A stretch of 64,000 nucleotides of DNA from Marsupella aquatica (taxonomy: Eukaryota; Plantae; Marchantiophyta): NCBI GenBank assembly GCA_973895155.1, contig OZ316893.1:22959915-23023914 (forward strand), read 5' to 3'. Position 1 is the stretch's first letter; the number at the start of each line of letters is the position of its first letter. This document shows positions 37,412 to 49,760 of this stretch, one piece after another. Under the pieces are notes generated by a model that was given only the letters and a program-made list of their open reading frames with translations, searched no databases and had not been told where the DNA came from. The position numbers were made by a program, and so were the translations under genes.

Positions 37412-38110
37412 GATAGCAGGATCAACCCTGGCTTAAGGGCTTCTAAACCTTCGTGCTGTCCGCCTTCGATCCGGATTCGATGATACAGGTCCTCAACCCG
37501 TGCTCGCAACCACTTACTCGCAAGCTGCACCCCGTGCACGACTCGGGTAGTGCGTTTGGCCCGGCGTTGTTGCCTATACACGAGATTCACACTTACATAT
37601 ACACGCACAAGCATACAATCTCAATTTACACGAAGGAAATAGTGGGAAAGGATTTTACTGCAAAGGGGACATATGCGTACACTTGATTGACCCGACAGCC
37701 CTGGAGTGAACAGGTTCAAGGCCGAGGGTGTACACTACAACGGAGCCCGGCTCCACACTCGCCCAGCGAGCTTAGTCCTACCCCCTCCCCTTGATACTCT
37801 TCCACTCCCAGAGGTCGGGACTCCTCGCACATACTACGGATGTCCAAGTTGAGACTAAAAACCCCCCTGCCTCTACCGAGGGGTGCACTAAATACTAAGG
37901 GGCGAGGAACGGGGTGGCCTCCCGTCCAAAGATTTGCTGACTAAGGTCCTAACTAAGCTGACTGTCAGGCCAAAAAATGGCTGTGTCTTATTAGAAGATC
38001 CTAATCTACGCAAGCTGGACAGCATGGCAGTGCTGCTGTAACTAAGGCAGGTGCCTGTCCCAATAGCCTGACTTAGCTATTCCTAACCCTATTCTATTCC
38101 TACTCCACCG

Positions 38111-40683
38111 CTAATATCTGGCACGCTTGCCAGAGCCGCCCAAGTGGGAGCGGTCATCCCGCTGCTTGCAAAGTCTATCGTTGTCCGACTTGAGGAGCTG
38201 GACTTGGTCTAGCAGAGATTCGTTCTCTCACTTTGCCGCGTCCATCTCCTCCGCTGCCTCCTGGCATGCCTCCTCCAGCTGCTGGGCGTCGCTCGTCAGC
38301 TTGCCCACCAACTGGTCCTGCTTCTCAGCTTCAGTTTGAAGCCGTGCTACTTTGGCTTGTAGCGTGGCTATCTCCGCAGTGTCTCGCTGGGCCCGTTCTT
38401 CGGCCTCCTCCAGGTCTTTCTGCCAGATGACAGCTTGATTCTTCAAACTGTCAATCTGGGACCGGAGCCGTGAAATTTCGGCCTCGTTCCCAGCCTTGGC
38501 ATGTTCGGCTAGGGCGGTAAGGGTGTGCACCTTTGCTAACAACTCATTGCCGGCTGCAACCTTGGGTCGTAGTTGCAGAGCTCAACCTCTTGAGCCGCCA
38601 CTTTGTCCTTTAAGTATACAGACTCCACCCGGTACCGCTCTATCCTCTGAAGGGCCTCTAACTGGGCCCGACCTGCCTTTACTGCGGCAACTAACTCCTG
38701 ATTGAAGAAACAGGCTACCTTCCGGGCCATGAACTCCCCGGTATCCCGGGCAATCTGTTGAGAGAAATCTCCCAAAAGCCCGTTCAGAAATGTACCTGGT
38801 ACGAAGAGTTCTGGGTGGTCCAGGTTGTGCCTGTCCGGATTTGGGCACGGGCAGACGTCAACACGTGCGGGGGCCGGGGTAGTGACATCCAGCCTTGGAG
38901 ACGTAGTGTTGGAAGGGGCTGGAGTGTCCTCCTCCAGCAACGTCCGGTCCTCCGGAATAACCCCCGGTGGGTCTTCGGGAAACCCGGGCTCGAGTAAGGC
39001 CTCCGCGGTCCCGACTTCCGTACTTGGCCCGACCTGGTTGATCGTATCTATGGCTGCGATTATCGACCCATCCGGTACCTCCTCGGCCACGGCTACAGCT
39101 ACCTGTGGGGGTGGGGTGGGTGAAGCATGCGTGGCCGTTGGACTTCGGGCCTCGGGTTGGGGCCGTCTCTCCAAGGCCGGGAAAACCCACCTAGTTGGGA
39201 CCAGTTTAGTTATGTTGACATGGGGAAGGGTTCGTCGATCAAACTGGGCGTACCACTCAAGAATGATCTCGATGTGGCTTGCGAAATACACCTTTCCGCC
39301 GATGTATAGCGTCTTTCTTCGCTGCTCCATCTCTTCATGGAATTTCTTAGCGAAGTACGATGCCCACCTCCTAGGTCGATAGTTCTTGACCTGGATAACC
39401 TGGGCAACGGAGATCTCACCCCGGGGTTCCATCATGTGGAGGGCGTACCGTTGGAACTCCAGTCGCTCAGCTATCTCGGGGATGAGGCAAGTCCTCATCA
39501 CAAACCCGTTGTCCACTGATCCCTCGGAGGGAAAACCCAAGGATTGGTACTTGGCTCCCTTGCCCCCGGGAGCCCGTGATTCGACGCGGTAGTCACCTTC
39601 GGGTAACCCGAAGATCATCTTGAGCCTTTCTTCCGTGAGGGACATATTCCTTCCCCGCAGTCGAGTATGTTGACGGGCATTGTCATAATTCTTCACGAAT
39701 TCCGTCATATCATCCCCGTAGTACCTGCAAGTGTTCCAGGGGAGAGAGGCGAGGTGCTCGAATCCCTGAGTTTTCAGGTACACCACATGCTTGGGATGGA
39801 GGATGTTTTTATGCACGTTTTCCCCCATGCGGTGCATTGTCACCTTGGCCGCGGCTACCATGGCCATGGGTAACCTGGATGTAGCAGCGGGCTCCTTCCT
39901 CTTCTTTCCCCGTGATTGGCTCGGGGAGGGTGACACCTCCCCATCCTCTCGATCGGGTATAGGTAATGCCACCGCCGTTAGTATTGGTGCCAAGGCGGCC
40001 ATGGTCACCGCGTTGTCTGCTGGAGCCGCTCCTTGGGGCCGCCTGAGCAAAGGGGGGGTAGCCTCATCGCTAAGGTCCACAACGTTGATGACGAAGTGCA
40101 CTTGCACTGGCGGGACGATCGGTGGTGGGGGTTGGCTAGGCAGAGGCTGAGACTGAAGCTGAGCCTGGGCCTGCGTTGGCGCGGGTACGGGTATGGGGTC
40201 GACTGGCCCGGCGCCGGTGGTTGAGGGTCTAGTTCCCATGAAGTTCTGCAGGTGCTGGCAGAGTAGCTCCGAAGCAAGTACAGAGGGCCTTGTCGAATGG
40301 GTAGTGTTGAACGTGCTGTTGATGCTAGCCTGGACCCGAGCAGGGATGTGGTCGAAGTGATGCCGTTGCACGTTGATCGTGCCCGGGATATTGAAGACTT
40401 CGTCCAAAAGTCGAAGCAAAGCTTCCCAGAACCCGATATATTTGTCTCCGTTGAAGAAATACCCTGCTACCTCTGTTGGTCGGTAAAGCTCGCTCTGAGA
40501 CGGGTAGCCAAAGTTAAAGATACAATGGTGTCGTGTTGCTAGGCGGATGGCTCTCTTGTACTCGCATTCGATTTTGAATCGGCGCGGGTTGGCGTGTTCC
40601 AATGAGTCGGCCAAGTGTCTTCCGGTAGACAGGAACTGCGTCCAGAATCATAGGGCCGAACTGGAGAGGATCGTGTGCGACAT
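38111..40683 (-). pseudogene. LTR-encoded protein, family A, 5' LTR copy
   Basis: ATG at 40683; TGA at codon 12 (CGA in the other LTR); 692-aa open stretch; frameshift near 38578. Confidence 0.85.
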
Positions 40684-41559
40684 TCAGAGGAGAAAGCAGT
40701 GACGACTAAAAGGGAGAGAGTTGGGGTCGAAGCTGGCGCGTGGACTGAATGACTGGTGCACTTGCAAAGGATCGGCCCCTTTTTATACCCTGAGAGCTCA
40801 TCGATTGCCCGAAGCCTCCTCGTTGCTTATAGGCCGAACCTCTCACGCTTGCAGTGTACCGGCCCCTCCGCTGGTCCGAGTCAACGCGTGACAGTGGCCG
40901 CCTCCCGAAGTTTGTTATACGGACCCGAGAGGGGGGGGCCCCCGCCCATTACACAATCGCAACCTGGGCGTGCGAATAGCGATGCGCCGCCAGCCCGAAC
41001 ATGAATTCCATTTATTGACTAATGATTTCCTACTCATAATGGCTACCTAAATACTGTCATTATGCTAATGATAGCGGCCTAAGATACCCCTAATGCGCGT
41101 GCTAAGCATGGTTTAGATGGAATCACTCATTACTCGCCGTACCGGCGGCGTCACATCTGCTAAACTCATTATGGACCTCCTTGCTTTACCAAGTCCTATG
41201 GAGTATCTGGCTTGCACAAAACAGGCAGGCCTTTGATCTATCCAAAAACATAATTTTTGACCAGATTCTTATCTTTTCAGTTACCTTGGATCACCTCAAC
41301 GCAATGTAAGTTTCTGCTGGATCAACCCGGAGACAGGCTTGCCTTGCTGGTGCTAGAATGCTACTACAATAGGAACAAATAAGGATTCTCAGCAGTGGCC
41401 CCAGAAGTCTTATTTCTGATTAAGATACTATATTTTCCTTCCTTATTACATTCTCTGCAATAGCATAGACGGTACACAACTACAGTTTAGAAACGTACAC
41501 AACTACTTAGAAACGTAGTGGCCATGGGCTCTCCTGACTACACTAGGTACTTAGGGACA

Positions 41560-42968
41560 GAGGACACTCAGGCTAAGCTGCCCTGGTTTGTTTCTTTTGA
41601 CTACTCCACACCTGAACTCTTCCCCGTAGATAAGGGCTCTTAGATCTTTCAAACTGCTCCTCCAAGATCTGGACTGCTGATGACTGATCTGCCCTAGGCT
41701 CTGATATATTGGCTAGGATCTACCCTAGAATTTGGATTGGCTTGGAAAGGAGTATTTCTACTTATGTTGAATTTCCCCCTCCCTCGCCAAACAGAGGCCT
41801 ACCAAAATAGGTAGGCCTCTGTTTGGCCTACCTGTTGGGATCTGGACTTCAGCTGCCAATGATCGTGAGGACAGCTTGCAGAAACTCAACAGAAGATGGC
41901 AACAATTTGGACGTCAAACCAATTGGCACCAAATCTGGAACAAGATGTGGGGGGGATGGACCTTTCCCAAAGTCAGATTCTTCATTTGGAGATTGATCCA
42001 GCACGGCTTCTTCACCAATGGGAGAGCTAGCAGATGGGGAGTGTGCAACGGCAGCTGTGAGCAGTGTAACGGTGGGTTTGAATGCACTAAACACCTCTTT
42101 TTCCATTGCAAGAGAGTGCAACCTAGGTGGCAGGAGATTAGGACTCTTCTCAGAAACACCACCATGTTGAAGTACCTGGCTAACAATCTTTTCGATTCGG
42201 TGGTTATTGCTTTGAGAGTGCAAAAACGGAATCCTGGGCCTATTCTGCTGCTGACTGAGCTCTGTAACACAAACTGGAACAAACATAATGCCCAGGTCTA
42301 CTCTCAGTTCCTGGGACGGCTTCCGAGCTGGGCTGTCCTAAAAATGCCTACGATCACATCAAGGCGATGCTGCTAGAAAGTAGAAATTCTAAGAAATCCA
42401 GGAAGCTTCAATTGACGATTGATGAGCTTGACATGGTCCTTCGCCCTTGGGCCAACCTGGAGGTCCCAGCCCCGATGACTCAAAACAATGAACATGACTG
42501 AAAGAACTTTTTTCTGTGACGAGTACAGAGTCACTGCTAGTGACGGCACTGATTGGAAGCAGGTTTGGCAGGGCCATTGCGAGCAGGAGAAAGACAACCA
42601 TTACCCAAGTCGGAACAACCTGAACCAATGCAGGTTTTCTAGTAGACAGCACCTTGGTAGTACCCACAATAAACTCTTGAGGGGTGCTAAAGGTAGGAAT
42701 AGCAATCAGACCACGAGTTGCTACGTTAGTTTTTGTGAGTCTAATTACATTAGGAATCACCACGGCGCCTATCAGAGCATTAGTGATTTTATGACTGATA
42801 GTGAGATCTGTGGCCTGATCTAGTCTGGGGTTTGTGCCCCTGGGCTTGGTGGGGTGTGTGTTTTGGGCGGGGTCTGATTGGGGTCTCGTACCTGGGTTTG
42901 TTTGTTCTTTTTCGCTTGGGTGGTTCTGCCCCCGACTTCTTTCTATAAAGTCCTTTCATTGGAAAAAA
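41560..42968 (+). mobile_element. L1-type LINE 3' end (zf-RVT) ending in a short A tail
   Basis: ORF 41876-42376 contains WNKMW..PKVRFFIWRLIQHG...CEQC..ECTKHLFFHC; 3' tail ...ctataaagtcctttcattggaaaaaaa. The left boundary is approximate. Confidence 0.75.
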
Positions 42969-43439
42969 AGTACCGGTACCTGTTGCAGCCACAAATGACC
43001 TCTAAAAAATTTCATTTCAACCTATTTTCCAATGGGTTTGGCTTACTAATAAAGTATCTACATCTATAATATTGAATCCTGTTCATTTTGGTCCTTCATC
43101 CCGGTACAAAATGCATTTTAGGCGGGAATGAATGACAATTATTAGATTGTTTGAGTAATTTTTTTGTAACCTTTTGATTATCAATTTTGTGATCAAGGTA
43201 CACATCTACCTACTATAATATACAATCCCGCTTTTTTTTAGAATCGTCTGCTTACGAAATCAAAAAGAAGCGGGATGAAATTGTGTCTGTTGGATTAAAA
43301 TGTGTATTTCCATCACCGTTAGATCGGACCATCAGCCCGTTTGGGAGCACAATTGGGGAAATCATGGTCCAGGCATTTGTGTCCACCACAAGACCTCTTT
43401 TTATCACCTCACGCAAGGACGACAAAACCTGACAAAACC

Positions 43440-44230
43440 GTCCCCTCGCCTTGCCTCGCACGGGACTCCCTCCCTCCCTCGCCTCGGGACTCCCTCCCCC
43501 GGCAGCTGGGTCCAGGCGTTCCATATTGAGGCGCCCCCCAAAACCCCAGTGTCGACCATACTCCCGGGCGAGTCCTCCCTACCAACGTCGACTCGCCTCC
43601 CACCTCCTCGCCGTGGCCTATGGGAGTCGACCCCCCCACCCCGAATCGCTCTCTCCCCCTCCCTCGCCTTGCCTCGCCTCCCCTCACCTAAACTCGCACT
43701 GGCTCCCTCCCTCCCCTTGCCTCGACTCGCACCCCTCCCCCTCCCTCCCCTTGGCCGGCTCACCGTCTCCCTGGCCTCGACTCGCCACGGGACTCCCTGA
43801 CTCCCTCCCTCGCCTGGATTCGGGACTGCCCCCCTTGCCTGGACTCGGGACTCCCCCCTTGCCTGGACTCGCTCCCCTGTGCGAGTCAGCCTCGAGACTC
43901 CCTCTGTCCCTCGCCTGGACTCACGACTCCCTCCCTCCGTCGCCTCGACACGCTCGATAAATGCTAGTCATGGGAGGGGGACAGAGGAGTTGGGGTGGGG
44001 CCGTGGAGGACGGCCAAGTAAAAGCAAGTCGGGAGGGGGTTGGAAAATGTCGAGAGGGAGGGGCAGTGACCAAGTTAGGAGGGAGGGAGAGACTCGGGCG
44101 AGATTCAAGTGGAGAGGGAGGCGAGGCGCGAGCGGCGAGCGTGGGGCAGCGGGACTGTCGAGGAGGGAGGGAGTGACTCGGGTGGCACTCGGGTGGCACT
44201 CGGGTGGAGGGAGGCGAGCAGCCATAGAGG
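43440..44230. repeat. Low-complexity GACTC/CCTC repeats in the Helitron 5' region
   Basis: A C-rich block (ctcgactc, gggactccc) switches near 43970 to a G-rich block (gagggagg, ggcactcgggt). Confidence 0.6.
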
Positions 44231-47200
44231 TCAGTTGACCCCGGCGTGGCAACTGGCATGGCAGAAGGCATGGAGCCCAAGACGCTCATCAGGCCTCGCT
44301 GCTGTTGCCACGGCCGTTGCCTGATGCTCCCTTCAGAAAACTGCCCTTTTTCCAGTCCACATCATCTCGCTCGCGGCCGTTCAGTCCAGGCATTTTGCCC
44401 TCACGCATGGCCAAAGCCAACACGCACAACCTGACGCAGGTGCAGCTCATAAACCTCTCGCACGGCCAAACCCTGAAGTGCAACACGCCAGGCCCCTCCC
44501 ATTTGCCAGTACACTCCCCATTCCCTTTGTATTTCTGGGTTCGAGGCCAAAATATGGGCGGGTAAAGTGGTCTGGGGGTCGCAGGACCCCAGAAGCATAT
44601 ATAATGAGGGTGCATTGTTCTCGGAGGTCATGGGGAATGGATAATTACCACAGCTTGCATGACGGCTTTTGCTAACCAGTTTTGGGGGGAATGGCTTGGG
44701 CGACCATTCTTTTGGGGGAATTTTACAGTGTTCAGGGTGACCACCATGGGTGATGGCTTGGGTGATGGCTTGGGCATCATTTGGGGGGATTTGGACTTCA
44801 TGGCAAGCACCATGGTTAATGGCTTTGGTGACCACTTTTTTTTCCCTCAATGGGTGACGGGCAAACCATGGGCCATGAGAGGGGGTGAGCCAGACCATGG
44901 GATGGGTGACCGCCAGCCATGGGACTGGGTGTCGGCAAAACCATGGGTGACAACTGCCGCAAGCAATAAGAATATTGTCATAGGGGCAAGAGACATTCGA
45001 AAGCGCAATGATCGCCTTGAAGGTTGGGAGGGTGAGACAAGGGGTCCCGGTAAGCAGTATCCTCGACAGATATTGGGACCCCATCAAAGTCTCAAGTCTC
45101 TTGCATTGGTGTGGCCCAGCTGACGTTCAATATATAGTTAGGGGTCTGTCGAGCTTGAATGAATTTGGATTTTAAGAAATAATCATATGTTTTGTGGGTT
45201 GGATGCAGATGATTAAAGGGGTTGAACATTTTTGGGCAACATGATAACTCCGGGGGAGAGATCAGAGTTTAATTGCGAGCGATATGCTCAGAACAAGGAT
45301 GCCATAAATGCAAGGCGTCGGCAACGATACGCCCAACAATGGTTGCAAGGTGGGAATGGTGTGCACCAGGTCCATGCCGCACCCGAGCAAAGTGTCTCGT
45401 CCAGTGTGGGGCCCTCGGTTTCTACAGTACTTCCCACACCATGTGTGCCAACTACTGTAGAAGAACTGAGGGCCATTAGTGGCAGACAATTGCGACGGGA
45501 AGCAAGAGCTGTATGAGGGGCATCAATTAACAACATCATTGCCCCCCATTGAGGAGACAACTTTGGGACCTACTACAGTGCCTGGCCGTGCAAGTAGTGT
45601 GAGACAATTGCTTCGTGAAGCAAGGGGGATGCACCAAGCATTGGCCAGATCCATGGCAATGAGGGCCAGTCGAGACGGTGCCAGTGGTGCCTTGGATGCA
45701 TGTGAGATTGACCACCCTTTGGAGAAATTTGTGCCTACCCGTCCATGTGAGCCCGTAGCCAACAATGAGCCCAGAGATCCCAATGTCTTTGATGAGGATT
45801 GGCTCATTCATGGAGCTTTACAGGATGGAGCTGACTCGATGTGTGTCATCCCTACCTGTGAAGCGATACCAAACAGTGTATGATCTGACCCTGACATCTT
45901 TGACGAGAATTGGCTCATTGATGGTGCCTTGCATGGGGAAGCGGGTCCTATTGTTGATGATGGTGGTGGTCACTTTGACACGTTTATTGAGGGCACCTTA
46001 CGTTTGTCAGATGAAGAGGGGGAACAAGAGATTGAGGATATCCTCCAACAAGAATTGGGAGGGAGTAACCTTGCACCGGTTACACCGGCTCAACCCAGTG
46101 CAGAAGATATTTTGAGAGAGCGTCAAAGATTGGAGAAAATACAAAGTTTGCCAAAGGCACGACAACCTTTGGATCCTTTGATTGGTCGACACGTTTTGGG
46201 ACGGATGAACATTGAGTGTCCATGTTGTAAAGCTCTTCATTGGATTGAAGAGTGCAAGTCTGGAACACAACACCCTCCGTGCTTCACGATGTGTTGTGCC
46301 GATGGGAAGGTGGATTTGCCTCCAATTGGTGCTCCTCCAAAGCCTTTGCGGAGTTTGTTGACTGGAAGTAACGCTGCGGCTACAACATTTTGGAAGAATA
46401 TTAGAGGGTACAATAATGCCTTGGCTTTTACATCGATAGGTGTTAAAATTGATGAAAGGGGGGGCAACCAGGGTCCGTATTCATTTCGCATACAAGGAGA
46501 TTTATATCATCGGGCCGACAGCCTCTTGCCGCCTGATGGAGAGGGTCCCAAGTTTTCTCAACTCTATATTCATGACATGGGGAATGAGTTGGGCAACAGG
46601 TATTTTGCACATTCAACTTGAACCATCTTCCTCTTATGATGCATTTTTGTTTGCAATAAGTTGAGTCTCATTGGATTTTATGTTGGGTTGCAGGATGAAT
46701 CACATGCCGCAGTTGGATGAGGCGGTGCTTGCTTCTTTGCAAGAAATGCTCCATATCCACAACCCTTATGTGCAGATGTTCAAAAATGCCGGGAGCCGCA
46801 TTGATGACGTTGAGGTGCCAGAGGTTTTGCTGCGTATTGTAGCTGAACGTGTGTCGCGCCCCTAACCTGGGCCTTAAATCCAGTTTAGTTCCATGGCGCA
46901 ACCTCGACCACCAGTAGGGATGAGGGTTCGGGCAAGGAGGTGTGTAGTGGGCCCGATTAGCCCTAAGTCGGGTTAAGTCGATATACTTACTGGTATAACA
47001 CTTGCGCAATTCATACTAGTCATAGGTATATTTGTTTTCCACCGCTGGAATATTCCCTCAGTTAGTGACTCGGACTAACTCTCGGCTTGGGGCTTTTCAA
47101 GCCATCGACGCGACAGGACCTTGTGACATACAATGGGTGGCAATCCCTACCATTAGTCCGCACCCGGTACGTCCCTTAAAATGGTGCCTTTGCCCAGACA

Positions 47201-49760
47201 AAGCATATGCACAACACCAGTTACTTGCAGAAACATTCAAGGGAAAAGACTACATTTACTCAGCGAAGCATCAGTTTACATGGTTGACTCGACTTCAAAG
47301 GGGGTCAGCAGGCCCAACGGCAGTCGATGCCCAGTCTCTACGAGGCCCCGCCTCGCACTTGCCCAGCAAGCTCGACTCTGGCTCTCACTCCTTGGTGCGC
47401 TCTGACCCTGCTCAGGCCGGGACTCCCCGTGCCTCACCTTTCTTCTGCTGAGATAACTAAGCCTTCTCCCCTTTCCATAGCGGAAAGGGAAGCCTAAATA
47501 CTACAATCGTGGAGGAGAACCGGAGGATACTACCTTCCGGGATACTACCTACTGACTAACTACCTTCTGACTAACTAGCCGTGCCGCACTGACAGGTTGA
47601 CCGTCGACGACAAGGGTGCCGACCGGGATGGCAGCGGCCAAGCCTACTGACAAACTCTAGTCCGTTGATGGACTCCATCCTACATTGGCTGATCCTAACT
47701 GATCTGGCCCTAATTCTTCCTACTGCCGCTAATCGGCGCCTAATGACAGCCATTCTGTCGTTACATCTAACCAAAAGATGCCGCTGACTTAACTGCCTCA
47801 CGCGGCGCTTGCTTCCACCCTTCGCTAACCACCCCTTACGCGTGTGCTATGGTTGGACCAGGGCTGGTCCCCCTGTCGGGGCGAGACCTCGAGCCGCCTT
47901 GATCAGAGGTGGGCCCAGGTTTTCCCCGCTGGAGGACGAGCAGGGTAACGCGGTCCTGCAAAGCCTTGTTGTCCCGTACCGCCTCCTCTACCTCGTTTGC
48001 AGCTTCATCGGCCTCGGTCTGGAGCCGCGCTACCTCCAGGTTGAGCTGGTTAATGGAGTCGCGATGGATCTGGTCCTACGCCCGCAATTTATCTCATTCG
48101 GCGGAGAGACTAGCCACCTACTACGATGCCTGCAGGAATTGTTTGTTGAGGTCGGTCAGACTAGTAACCCGAGCCAAAGATTCTGAGTGTAATTGAAGCA
48201 CGGTGTCGTCCAGCTTCTTGAGATCTGCTTGCGCTCCGCTTAACTCCTGGGTTAGTCCGTCCCTCTATTCGACGGTGCAGACTAACTCCTCGCGACGGGT
48301 AGTGGCCTCCTCCTCGAGGTGCTCTACCAGCATCTGGAGGCGCCCGATTTCATTCCCCTTCGCCATGAGTTCTTCTTCCAAGCGGCTTACGATCCGTGGT
48401 TGGTGCTCTAACATGAAGAAGGTTGGTTGAAAGTACGCCGAGACTTGTTGTCCGATGTACGTCGCCAGCTCCCTAGACATAGTCTGGCTAAACTTCTGGA
48501 CCAGGTCGTAGGCCATGGTCCCCGGGGCTACTTGGTAGTCCTCCATCCTCTCGGGTACCGGTGGTTCCTCGGCCGGGGCAACGAGCTCCTCTGTAGTCGG
48601 CGCTGGGGAGGGGAAGGTTTCTTCAAGTGGTGGAGGGATTGGGGGTGGTTGTACTGCGGGTAGCGGGGGCTCGATGGAAGGGGGCGGCGGAATTTCAACA
48701 GGAGGAGGTGGCGGAGTATTAGTCGGGGCTTCCGGCTTGGGGTTTGCCCGAGGGACGGTAGTCCGCGTGCTCGGGGTTGCCTCCTCTGGGGCGGGGGTGA
48801 CATTAGCCGGGGCTGATGTGGCCATATTCTTTCCTCTGGCCTCCCGCCGTGCCTTGTACCAGGCGAGGATAATGGCGATATGACTTCCCAAGTAAGTCTT
48901 CCCCCCAATAGCCATACCACCTTGAGCCCGCTTCAGCTCCCCCGAGAATCTTCGGTAGAAGAATTGGGCCCAGTTTCGCCGTTTGTACTGTTCCACCTGC
49001 ACGATCGTGCAGAGGGAAATCTCGGATCGTGGCTCAATCATGTATAGGGTAGTCTGTATGAAGTTAAGCTGCTCCATGCAGGTTAAGTTGGTGCACGACT
49101 CCTGCTTGTATCCGTTGTCCGTTTTACCCTCGGGTTTGAAGTGCCGCGGTGTATACTCCTTATCCCGAATTCGGATTTCAACCGGCACCGGCCCGGTTGG
49201 TAGGCAGAAGATTTGCGTTAACCGATGCTCCGTGAGTGATAAGGCCTGCCCCGAAACCTTGGCGGTCGACGCGTCAGTATCGAAATTGGAGATGAACTCA
49301 CAAATCTCCTTCAGCCCGGCGGCGCACGGCCTCCATAGCAAGTGGGCGAACTGCTCCAACTGATGCTCCTTAAGATAGTCCGCGTGTTTGAGTTTCTTGA
49401 TCGCAATCCAGACTACTTCGGGGACACGGATTACCTGTAATAAGTTGGACTTCGGGTTATCCGGGGGCCGTCGGGTCTGGTTGGTCGGGGGGTTTGCCGG
49501 GGCAGGTGCAGGCGCGGCGTTGGTTCGCGTTGCTGATTCGGGGGCCGTCGTAGTCCTTGGCCGCTTACGAGAACGCTGTTCGAGTTGCAGACTAACTCGC
49601 TCGGAACCTGAAGAACACTCTGTGTTGATTACTGGACGGACTTGGGTTTGGCGGTATGCCGGTGGTCATCGGTTGAGGCACTGGTGGTATCGGGGTAGCC
49701 ATATCCCAGTTGAAGGTGTTGGAGCTTTCCCCGAGGAACATAAGATTATGCGCTACTTCC

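Larger units (their letters stand above)
22459..41155 (-). mobile_element. Full-length Ty3/Gypsy LTR retrotransposon (family A) with ~3.95-kb coding LTRs
   Basis: Two long direct repeats with TG..CA ends; 5-bp TSD TCCGC (22454-22458) / TCTGC (41156-41160); PBS; PPT; gag-PR-RT-RH-INT order; no chromodomain or extra RNase H seen. Confidence 0.95.
32466..41155 (-). repeat. 5' LTR of the family-A element, interrupted by a family-B unit
   Basis: TGTCACG at 32466 and GGCGTCACA ending at 41155; the sequence resumes exactly after the duplicated GATAG. Confidence 0.93.

Noticed and set aside
43057-43080. Alternative Helitron 5' end (a|tctacatctataat)
   Set aside because: 43205 fits as well and is directly followed by the leader stem; 43057 may be a separate stub and cannot be resolved here.
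43252-45123. Many overlapping Pro-, Gly- and Arg-rich ORFs
   Set aside because: They arise from low-complexity Helitron leader repeats and show no domain motifs.
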